Source: Paecilomyces variotii (taxonomy: Eukaryota). From it: a stretch of DNA of 64,000 nt. The notes under the pieces are model-generated. The model was not told the DNA's origin, made no database searches, and saw nothing but the letters and a program-made list of their open reading frames with translations. The stretch lies in assembly GCA_004022145.1 (NCBI GenBank), contig RCNU01000010.1. The stretch is one strand, 5' to 3'. The position numbers and the translations under genes are program-made. Below, piece after piece: positions 26,814 to 37,523 of the stretch; the first letter of the stretch is position 1; every line of letters begins with the position of its first letter.

Positions 26814-28135
26814 CTTGAGGTGATAACGTTATAAACTTCAGCAGGCTGCCAGCATCCGTACGAGCGTGCAAACAGGCAACTACTGACAGACTCGCGCCCA
26901 CAGTGCTCCCCCGGATGCTATGTGTGGGTTGATATAGTCTGGTAATACACCGGTGAGGGCGAGCGCAGGCGCAGATGGCGTTATCTCTGCTGTGAAAAAA
27001 AGAAGTATGATCGATCAGCCTAAGCTCTGGTCACGTCATAAGCGCGATCTGACGTATTCCCAACTTACCTGAGACACAATTGGCAGCAATCAGAAGACGT
27101 GCTTCCAGCGAGAGATGGGATCTGGACGATCAGCTCATCAAGAGAGCTAATCAATCTTGCAGAATTGCTGTTGTGGGAGCGACGGTCCAGCGGAGAAGAC
27201 GCGCGCTTGGTGAGAGGAAAAAGTAACTGGTGGTGGGGGGCGAGAAGTAGTTAGTAGTAGAAGCCGCCTGTCGCCGGCCGCTGTGACACTGCGACGCTGC
27301 GACGTTTCTAGAAAACCCGATCGATCTTACAGGCGCTCACCCGACTGTCAAACTACTAGACTCGGAGCATCAACCCCAGATAGATGGATAGACGACTGGA
27401 AAGATCGAAACTGTTGGGACCGATCTGCCGCAGCCCCAGGCGTTTTCCGGATACGCATAGCTCGGTTTAGCTTCGTTCCGCTCATCCATGGATGATAGTC
27501 ACTGCATCGACTGGGCGAACCACTGAAACACCCCGGATTTCTGTCTCCAGCGCGGGGCATTTTGTCAGCGAGATAGACGAAGGAACTAACTTGGAATCGA
27601 CAGATTGCGGGGAGTGCAAAAAAGTCACAGCTGATCGATGACTCTAAATGAGAGCTTCGCTAGTTGCGCTGTCGCATGACAATCGACACATTATACATAA
27701 TATGACAGGCAGATCAGCATCCCGCAGTATGCTAGTGAACATTATTAATGAACCTTGCATTGCTGCTAAGCGAGCATATTCTTGCTAGCTGCATGGCTGT
27801 GTCCCAACATTTCTTTGACAGTCATCTACGGAGTACTGGCGCAAGTTTACGGAGTTATTCGAGTCTGACATACGGCGTACTGAGTGATAGCGATGCATTC
27901 AAAATACGATGCGAAAGAGAGCGCCCCATTCCACGCCAGCCATGTCGCAAGAATGTTGTTGGCTTACTTCTGGGAGTGCGTTGGCGTTGGCGCCCTTGTC
28001 AGTTGGATCACCCTTTTCCTGTTGAAACGAACGAGTCCCATTGACAAGGACATGTCAACAAACAGTACGTATCTATAAATGGCTATGTACAGTGCATCCG
28101 TGGAGACGAAGAGCGGACCGCGGATTACCATGTTG

Positions 28136-29737
28136 TCATGGAAGGACCGGATCTTGCTTAGCCACATCTTGTACCTGCTGGAGTTGTTGTGCTAACAGCT
28201 CGTTCTTTTTCTCCCACGTGGCTCTCCACTCTTCATCGCGTTGTGCAATTGCTTGCTCAATATTTCGCTGACAATCCTGTTCAATGCGGCGCATCCGCTC
28301 AACCAGATGCCTGTCGCGGTCTTTCCAACGCTTTTCCCACATGTCCTCGACTTCATGTTGGGCACGGTGGATTTGGGTTTCTACGCTCTGCTCAAGGGCT
28401 GTCAGCCGTTGACGGAGGTCTTCGATTGTGAAGTCTCGTGCCCGCAGTTGTTGTCGGTAGACCTGATCAACCTCGTTCAGACGCTCACGCATAGCTGCGA
28501 GCTCTTTATCACGCTCGTGGAGTGCCCGCCGATGATCCCGATCAATGCTCCGGATTACCCGGGTGTAATGGATGCTGATGTCATTTTCAGTATCCATGGG
28601 AGGCGGCTCCGCTCCTGCATACCCTTCCTCTATGTGCACTGGGCTTCCCAGAGTCCCAACTGGTCGATCATTACTATTAACCGCAGTCTTGACATATAAA
28701 GACCGACCAGGAGCAGATGTCGACGCAGAATCACTCTTGACGGAGATAGCTGGAGATGGGATCCTACCTGTCGCAGCGAGTCTGACAAGAGATGGAGATG
28801 ACGAAGAGCCTTTTGATGACATGGTACTCCCTGCATGTGGTCCTGCGGAGCGGGTGACACGGACTTGAGTAGACATAGGTATTTCCTCTCCATGTTCGGA
28901 CAGACTTGGGGAACTCCTACTGAACCTTCCTCCTGAGAGGGTTGTAAATATCCTGGGGAGCTGGGCGCCCGTTTTGCGGCGAATAGTATTTATAGGAGTT
29001 GACTGTAGAAAATCCCCAAGGTTGCCATAAGAGAGGGAGCGCCTCGTCGCCGGAGAAGTTCTTAATGTTTCACGGGACGTATCGATAGAATTGCTTCTCC
29101 GTGCCACATAAAAATTCCCCCTCTCATAATCTAGACCAACGGCTGGCTGGTCTCTCGTGGTCAAGCTTGAGGGCTCCGAGATAACACTGTTCGACTTTCT
29201 GTGCGCATGAGGCCTTCTGTCAGTTTGTAGACCAGAAAGCTGGCCCCACGTAGAATGAGACAGAGAGTAGCCCTGTGACTCATTACTTCGACCGTAGTCA
29301 GGGAGTTCAAAAGGCCGGCCAGTTGGAGTTGTAGGAGACGACAATTCAGAACCGTCAGAGTCCACATTTGGAGCATTAGCCACTTCAGCTATCGGAGGGG
29401 AATATGGCGGGAGACCATCATCGACACTGGTCACCCTTGAGCCGTCTCGATTTATATGGAAGGACCTGCCTCCCAGCACGAGATCGACACTCCGGGCACT
29501 CCGTGCATCTTCCTGGAGAGTATTGATGCTTATTCGCGTCCTTGTCGACACGATACTGGAAGCTCTGCTAGTTCGACCCGTAACAGGAATATGTGCATCC
29601 CGCGTTGGTTTTCGCATTGGAGTACGTTCCGAATCAACGACTGCGGCTGACAACGCGGGGGACTCAACGGTCGGGAATAAGACACTTCGTAGTCGTCTTT
29701 GTTCGTCTGACAGCTTTCTTTCTTCCATAGAGAACAT
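28136..29737 (-). CDS. Hypothetical protein, Ser-rich with a PPY motif and a C-terminal coiled coil
   Basis: 533-codon single ORF with LPPYSPP and a heptad-rich C-terminus (DHRRALHERDKELAAMRERLNEVDQ...). Confidence 0.85.
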   Translation of the reverse strand: MFSMEERKLSDEQRRLRSVLFPTVESPALSAAVVDSERTPMRKPTRDAHIPVTGRTSRASSIVSTRTRISINTLQEDARSARSVDLVLGGRSFHINRDGSRVTSVDDGLPPYSPPIAEVANAPNVDSDGSELSSPTTPTGRPFELPDYGRSNESQGYSLSHSTWGQLSGLQTDRRPHAHRKSNSVISEPSSLTTRDQPAVGLDYERGNFYVARRSNSIDTSRETLRTSPATRRSLSYGNLGDFLQSTPINTIRRKTGAQLPRIFTTLSGGRFSRSSPSLSEHGEEIPMSTQVRVTRSAGPHAGSTMSSKGSSSSPSLVRLAATGRIPSPAISVKSDSASTSAPGRSLYVKTAVNSNDRPVGTLGSPVHIEEGYAGAEPPPMDTENDISIHYTRVIRSIDRDHRRALHERDKELAAMRERLNEVDQVYRQQLRARDFTIEDLRQRLTALEQSVETQIHRAQHEVEDMWEKRWKDRDRHLVERMRRIEQDCQRNIEQAIAQRDEEWRATWEKKNELLAQQLQQVQDVAKQDPVLP

Positions 29738-31409
29738 ATTGTCAGGATTGAAAAGAGCTCTCTATCTTGTCGTGTTGCAAGTGATGAGAAAAATCCCGAT
29801 CATGAAAGAGCATATCCCATGAAACTCAGATCGCACCCAGAAACCTCAGTCTGACAAGCCCGCAGCGGCAAAAGAGAAAAGAAAACTCGAAAATGAAAAT
29901 TAGAATGATTTTTTGTAGTGAGGCTGCAAAGCAAGGAGAAGTCCTATCAGTAAGTTTGGATGCGAGACTAGACTAATACGAGCACAACGGAGAGAGCATG
30001 GAACAAAAACCAAGCAGCATTCGCGAATTCAACAGAACATCAAGGCACTCCAGGATACAAACCGTATGCCAAATTGAACATTATACACAAGGCTAAAAGC
30101 CAGGTTGTCCTTGGAATTCTACTAGACGATAGAAGATGCTGACTTGTCCACAATGAATGTGGTTTGCTTTTTGGCAGGCAGCAAAGATAATATGTACGTG
30201 AGGGGCTGATGAGGCTGAGCGCCGAACAGCTCACAACCCGCGATCTTGTAATCTTGTTCATTGGTAGAAGTTTATCAACCCGACGATCTAGAGAATTGTA
30301 GAATTCGTAAAAAACAGAAATGCTTGGCAGCAATATTCTCAGCAAGGCGTTAATATGATTAATTCGAAATTTACGGTCGGTGTCACGTCGCATCTAGACT
30401 TGAGCATCCTCGGCCAATTAAATAGTCCTACGGGGCTATTTAGAGGTCCAATGGACCTGGCTAGAACTTCTTTTATTTTCTTTCTCTTTTTTAAGATATA
30501 TATAAGCTATGTGTGCTATAATTCCTCAGCGCGAGGCAATCAATCTATAGTCTCGAATTTATGTCCCATTTTCAATGGAGAACGTCAGGGGACACAGGGA
30601 AATTATCGTGGATATTATGGGAGCCATTTGTTTGATAATAGCAGGTCTCTGATGGTATCGAAACTGCAGCCATGTTCGATTTACGGGGTCACTTCCACAT
30701 TTCTCATTCTCCATATAAATACGTTGCTTCCATCCAGGATATCATCTGACTGTTTTCCATGTCTTCGGGGAAGCCTGAAACTTAGATGCAGTCAAATCAT
30801 CGCTTGCAACAAATGCTTCAGACATCACCGATCGTATAGACCAGGAAAGCTTCTTTGCATAATAATTAGAAGCTAAATGTGCGTTTATATATAATCTATA
30901 GCTTAGACCCAAGTAAACACCTACTCAACCAGCTAGAAAGCTCAATCCACTATTTGCTTCCGTGCCGAGGATTCACAACTTGCCTGAAAATGCTGGCTCT
31001 CTGATCTTCTCTAGTGAATTCATGAGAACAGGCTTCAGTTCAGACGAATACTCGGCCGCCGGGCGGATTCATAATCACCATTGGTGTGTTGTACGGAGGG
31101 ACCTTTTTCCAGGTCAGCTGAGGTACTTTTGACTATCTGATTACTATTAGTACCGATGTCCTACCCTTAGTTTTAAAATTTACTTGATCTCAGGGTACAG
31201 ACTCCCATGAAAAGAGATATCTCTCTTTCATCCACTTCAATGACTGATATCAACGGATCAGGCCCACTGATCCGTTTAGCCCCGAGATTCAGAACTCACA
31301 AGTCTTCAGGGGCTTGAAAGGCGCATCGTCATACCTAAACAAGATTTCACAGTCACTGTGGTCCTTCTGCAATCAACGAGACATCAGACTATCATCGAAC
31401 AAAGAGAAC

Positions 31410-32561
31410 ATGGATCCCTTTGACCGTCTCCCTTGGTTTGTGATCCGAGATATTCTCTGTCTCCTACCCGACCTCCCAACCCTGCACAGGCTTCATGATG
31501 CATCACCGGCAATAGCTGCCTTCCTTCGACATGAGAATGGACTCTTTTCCCAGATTGTGGAAACAATTATCTCCCAAGAGCGCGAGTTTGGTCTCCTGCC
31601 ACAGGTTCAGGCATTACTACGCATACTTGTCTTCATATGGTGGCGGACTTTCCCTAGCGAATCCAATAGTGAGCTAAAAAGCGAGACTAATCCGCTACCG
31701 AGTTCATACAAAGATTTCTTTGAGCATATCCGTTCCACTGTGCAAGCGACGTTGAAAGACGGCGAGTGGTTTGAACCTTGGGACCTTGGTCCTAGCTATG
31801 CCGACGCACCTCTACCGAAGTCGACACCCTCCATCATTCTCTGTCGGCTCCTCGCTTTCTCTAGCAGGTTCCGTCAAATAATACATGTATACTTTCATGA
31901 GATGATCGCCCGCTGTATGGCACTCAAGCCTGGGTATGATCCGGACGATCTCCCATTTATGGACATTAAACCCGATAAACGCTGTTCGAGACTACCTGTC
32001 AAACCACACATGCCCAGAGATATTGGACCGCCATCTTGGATTGAAGAGCAGCGATTGTTACGATGTTTTATTCGCATATTTCTATTTTTGGAGCTCCAGC
32101 ATGCGATTCGCACCCGCGGCCTCTATACTACGGAGAAAGCAGCGCTATCGGTACAAGAAGATAGCGTGGATAGCTTTTGGGACAAGATAATGGACATACC
32201 TGGTGAGAGATACCAAATGAACTCACTCATAGTATGGTTGGTTCGTGAAGCGGGGTCTGTGGACAGTATAGAGCACTGGATGATTTCTGCTTCCGTTTCA
32301 GAGACGCCAATTTACTGCTGCCCCAACTTGAGACCGCTGACACCAATCCAATTAAAGTGGCGGGAAACGAAACTGTATAAATTGGTTCAATATATTCCCT
32401 TTTGTCATCACAGCTACTATTGCATATTGCCTAATTTTCCCAATAACGGTTATCCTGAACATTCTGTCCTCTATCCACTCGGTGTCTTCTTCTGGGACGG
32501 AATTAGGGTCGAGGCTCTAGGATTTCTGCGAGAGAATCATAATCTTACCTTAGAAGCATAG
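31410..32561 (+). CDS. Hypothetical protein with an F-box-like N-terminus
   Basis: The intronless ORF begins MDPFDRLPWFVIRDILCLLPDLPTLHRLHDASP, matching the F-box-like LP.E/F...I...L pattern. Confidence 0.7.
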   Translation: MDPFDRLPWFVIRDILCLLPDLPTLHRLHDASPAIAAFLRHENGLFSQIVETIISQEREFGLLPQVQALLRILVFIWWRTFPSESNSELKSETNPLPSSYKDFFEHIRSTVQATLKDGEWFEPWDLGPSYADAPLPKSTPSIILCRLLAFSSRFRQIIHVYFHEMIARCMALKPGYDPDDLPFMDIKPDKRCSRLPVKPHMPRDIGPPSWIEEQRLLRCFIRIFLFLELQHAIRTRGLYTTEKAALSVQEDSVDSFWDKIMDIPGERYQMNSLIVWLVREAGSVDSIEHWMISASVSETPIYCCPNLRPLTPIQLKWRETKLYKLVQYIPFCHHSYYCILPNFPNNGYPEHSVLYPLGVFFWDGIRVEALGFLRENHNLTLEA

Positions 32562-32776
32562 TCTGCCCACTATTCTTCTTATTGGAAAAGAGTTGAAACT
32601 TATATCGTAATGAATTTATGCAATCTCATATGTTGGTCTCCCTCGATCATATCCTCCCATGATCCTTCTATCAAAGCCTCGCACTATGCAGACCTAGTCT
32701 GCCCATTGATGAATTTCCTTTCTAAGATGGCAGTGTCTTCGGACTTCACCATTAATACACTATAGGAGCTCCATAC

Positions 32777-33791
32777 TCAGCTTTCAGGAACAGCGTCGAT
32801 CTTCAGATAGAGTGCTGGCTGCCAATTCGCCCCGAACGTTGTAATCTTGGAGATTATTCTTCTGCCTAATTGCTGCTTGTGCTGGATTAACAGCCAGGCA
32901 ACACCGCGCACATTTGGGGTATAGAGCAACGCATTGAACTCATCACTCTGGGGGTAGAATGATCTCCACATTGAAGGATCACGTAATTGATTCCAATCGT
33001 CCCAATCATCAGCTTTTCGCAGAACCCTTCGCATGATAGTTTGCGTATCACGATTTGTAATGGACTCTTGGAAAACGTGGTTCAGGTTCTGGACGTTCCC
33101 CTGCGCCATATGTTGCCATTGAAGGAAGGTCACGTCGGACCATTTTCTACATTTCGGGTACCTATCAAGGTTGGGAGTCGCATACTCAGGGCTATGAGCA
33201 CTGTGCGAGATAATTACGCCGTCTTGGAGGTTATAGGCGCTTCCATACATAGCGCCAGTGGACTGATGAATAATTAGTATACGGGACATCAATGGATTGT
33301 ATTAAAGATTACCATACCTGATATTCCTCGCCATCAACATTAACTGGGGTATACTGCTTAATCTCGATATAAATATTCTGTGCCGAATCTATGTTCAAAG
33401 CTCCGAATGCTGTGCGGAGGGCACGGTTGATGTCGTACAGGACGCCCGGCTGTGTCTGCGGCTCCCATCCCCAGGTATTCAAATCACCGTAGTCAACCCA
33501 CGGGCTGTTAACGGGGACATCGGGCCGTATGTATTGACGAGCACCATCTTCAGTGGCTTGCATGGCACAGGAAAGAGCTGCACCATTTCGAACATATGTA
33601 TCCCAGTCAATGAGGACTTTCGGGGCCACTGTCGTGTTATTGCTGAGAGCTCTTTCCCTAAGATGGCCATTTTGTTCTTCTTTATCGACATGGACAATAG
33701 ATGATATTCGAGTAAGGGTAAAGAGAAAGGTTGCTAAGAGTAGTGCAAGGAATGATCGCCGAGGCAGATCTCTAGATAGTATTTCCATCAT
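32777..33791 (-). CDS. Uncharacterised secreted or membrane-anchored protein, paralog 1 (2 exons)
   Basis: N-terminal hydrophobic segment SFLALLLATFLFTLT and intron 33263-33317. Conserved blocks WSDVTFLQWQ, ITNRDT and ALLYTPNVRGVAWLLIQHKQQLG are shared with 35251-36271. Confidence 0.88.
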
Positions 33792-35250
33792 TTTGAAGTC
33801 GAATAGAGTCTCCTGGTGTTCAAAAAAAGAGACCAAGTATGCTTCAGCAATGAGTTCCAGTGACTGTATATCTCGAGTAGGTTTTACCCTTTATACAACG
33901 AGGGGGATGACTGCATCATACTCGAGAACAATAGGCTATGCAAGGTAGATACGCATCAGGAGATAGTACTACTGCTTTGATGTATCTCCCCGATACTAGA
34001 AGTATCAGTTCCCCGGCCGTGATACCAACCAGCCCACTCCCCGTACACACCCAATTTCGAACCCCTACTGGAACATAAGTACGATTTCATAATATCCTAT
34101 CTGATTGGACGTGATGTATCATATTACTCGTTTCGATCGACATTATTCAAAGCGGGAACTGAAGAGACACAGACATAGGACTTTAGACGCACTCGTTATA
34201 CTCTGTGCATGCTGATAAATGTCTTGTTATGTCAGGATCTAATCATTTGGTACGCATACGGATAATAATTTCTATTTCACGTACTTGGTTTTCATTACGT
34301 AGGAATCTTTATTAGCCCTGACTTAGGTCCTCGTTGGCTCTAATAAGACTCGAATTCATTGTTTTGTCAAAGAACAGAAAATGTCCCGCTGGTGCTTTTG
34401 TTCAACCTGATTCCTTAGTTCAGTAAGAGATGGCCTTCGTCTATGCTCCTTATTACCTTTACGGATAGACAGATCGTCTGGTTAGCGAAGCTAGTAGTTG
34501 CAGTTTCGAGTCAGTGCATTAAATGGTAATTATTCTGGCATACTTGTGACATATCCGGATGCGTTTCACGAGCTCGTGCAATGCACATACCATTTCTGTA
34601 AGCAGAGGTAGCTGCCATAGTCAGCACACGCAGGTAATGTCTATTTATAATCCCTTTACCAATCAAGTAAGCTACAGGGGTCTCTTAGAAAGACCGTACT
34701 TGTGCATGTACGTACTTTGTTTGTATTCATCTACCATGTTCAAGAAATCTGTTAGGGTGTGCAGGGAACAAAACATTCACGAGTGAACCTGTTGTGTCTC
34801 AGTACTTCGAAGCTATTCTGTATGTGACATGGCTCGGTTGACACCATACTGTTTCGGTAGTCAATCATCAGACATTTTCTGCAGGTGGATCGGATATGAG
34901 GAAATTTCGGAACTATTGCCGCCTCAATTGGACAGTCTGATACACTGTCTGTAAATTTATAGACAGCTTTACGCGTGTAACACCTCATTATTGCGAAGGT
35001 AATGCTGTTTGTTCACTGTTCAACTATGCGCTCCTACAGGGCCGCGCTACGGAATTGCTGGCTCATTTCGGTATACCATCTGTCGTGAGAAACTATTGAT
35101 GGAAGCCTCGGTATGTAGTTGACCTTTTTGATAGTATCTTCCGCTAGCGGAAAATTCATTCGATCACTTGAGGATCGCTCCCAGACATTAAGTAGCAGTA
35201 ACAAGAATCGCAATTCACAGGTATGCCTAAATTATGCAGCCTCTTAAGAA

Positions 35251-36271
35251 TCACGAAACTTCTTCAATCTCCAAGTAAATAGCTGCATAGCACACTTCAG
35301 TTGTTCTTTTCCCGAAAATTGTAATCTTAGAAATCCTTCTGATACCAAGTTGTGGTTTATGCTGAATCAGAAGCCATGCCAAACCCCGTATATTTGGGCT
35401 GTATAGGAGGGCTTCATACTGTTCTTGTCCTGGAAGGAATGATTTGCCTTTAGCTAGCCCGTCATACTCAGATTCGTAGTACCATTCTTCCTCCTTGTCT
35501 AGTGCCGTTGCCATGAGTTCCAGCGTATCGTCATTTGTAACTGCACTGTAAAAAACATGCTTGAGGTTGCCTATGTTCTGTCCCGCAATTTGTTGCCATT
35601 GAAGGAAGGTCACATCGGACCATCTTGCACATTTGGGGTATCGGGGTAATTTGTGATCTGCACTATCTTCTGGGCTATTCATATTTGCTACTATTATAGC
35701 ACCATCCTGGGTGTTATAGAAGTTATAGTAGCGTCCCCCAGATGGCTTTTCATAGTCAGCAAATATGAAACCAAGTACAAATACCTAAGAGTCATAATCA
35801 ACATACCGGATATTCCTGTTCGTCCACTGTTCTCGGTTGATCATGATCAAGCTTGACCATGATAAAGTTGTCAGGGTTTATGTCTATACTTGTAAGGTCC
35901 TTTTGGAATGCCTTCACGATGAAATTTTCATTTTCATCGCCACTGCTGGAACTCCATCCCCAGGCTGCCAGATCGCTATATTGCACAAATTGACTGTTGA
36001 CAGGAACGTTTTTAGGCATGTAGTGAGCAGCGCCGTCCACGGTATCATCCATAGCACATGAAAGTACATAGCCTTTCTCAATAGCATCATCCCAGTTGAT
36101 AAGAACCTTTGGGGTGACTGTGCTGTTGCGGTCGATATCTCTCGTCCAGAGAGTCTTATGCTCAGCTCTCTGAAAATGAAAAATGACAGATAAAAGAGTG
36201 AATATCAGAGCTGACAAAAGCAATACGAGGCATGGTCGCGGCCGCAGGATTATCGAAGATGTTCTGGTCAT
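35251..36271 (-). CDS. Uncharacterised secreted or membrane-anchored protein, paralog 2 (2 exons)
   Basis: Hydrophobic segment CLVLLLSALIFTLLSVIF and intron 35746-35806 at the position homologous to paralog 1. Blocks WSDVTFLQWQ, VTNDDT and ALLYSPNIRGLAWLLIQHKPQLG. Confidence 0.88.
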
Positions 36272-37523
36272 TTTCGAGGCAGATCGATTGTGGTGACTGA
36301 AGATATCGAAACAACCGATACACTGTTCGAGTGCAGTTAAATGTTTGTTGTCGGATCAGGAAAAATGATAAAGTCCTTACGGAAATGCGAACTTTATACA
36401 ATCATGCAGCCTTTCATCTGTATCAAGAATCCTCTGGCGCTACTACGCCTACAAATGTATTTCTCGAACACGCCGTAAAACTAGTTACCTACCTTGCCGC
36501 CCGAAAAGAGATACGAATGTAATCCGCACCCACACTGTTTTAGAATAAGAGCTTATTGTTACGCCTCCTTTTGCATGTCACATTCGATATGAAAAGCAAA
36601 AAGTACCGTGCTGTCATCCCTTTGATCAAACGAAAAGTCATGTTGGGATTTCGATCGACATTCTTGAGCGCTGGGTTTGAAGAGGCTGAGTGATGTAGAA
36701 CCTAGGCGGGTTCCAATGTAACTTAGCATCAGTACCTGCTAGATCATGCCGTGCTTCTGTATCATCACGTACGCCGTGGAGTTTCAATTTCTCCTTTTGA
36801 TGCTATCACATATAGCCCAATCTGTATACTTAGTCGACCAGCGCTAACCGTGTATGGCAATGGTTCGCTCCGCTCCCCCCGGCATTGTCCTTTATTGTAG
36901 AACAAAAAAAGCCAGTGGCGTTTTGTTCAAAGGATTGATCAGGGCAGGGAAAGTCTATGCTAATCATATTGTCCCCTACGACTAAACAAAATAATCATGG
37001 ATACTAGCAGAAGCGGTCCAAAGTGACCACTTTGAATGGCGATTATACTTGAGAATATGATGTATGGCATATCTTCAGAAATCATATAAGCATTCAAGAT
37101 GCGTGCTTGATTTTCTCTACATGACAGCCTAGTCGATGAAACAAACAGAAAACAATTTTAGTTATACCCATATAGTACCTAGTATAACATACGTGGCGTT
37201 GATTTATAATCTCTACTAAGCATATTGTATCTGCTACAGGGAATCCTTTGAAGGGAAGTGTCGCAAGTACGACCTATCCGCGTATATCTATAATCCAAAG
37301 AGAAATAAGACTACGACTGTCGAGAACAAAGGATAAAATACGGATCTCAGGTTTCACTAAATTTCTCGTAGTCATGTTTTGTAAGCTGCATATCAGAGCT
37401 CATGCGGTGACGACTCGGTGGCTCATGATCCAACGGTTATATCTATTCATGCCCCGATTGTAGGCTCTATTTTGACGCGCACGAACTCTCGTATATGCTT
37501 ATCAATTAGTGTGGCATAGAGTC

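Noticed and set aside
30040-30876. ORFs 30040-30393 (-) and 30355-30876 (+)
   Set aside because: They have non-ATG starts, AT-rich intergenic composition and no protein-like features.
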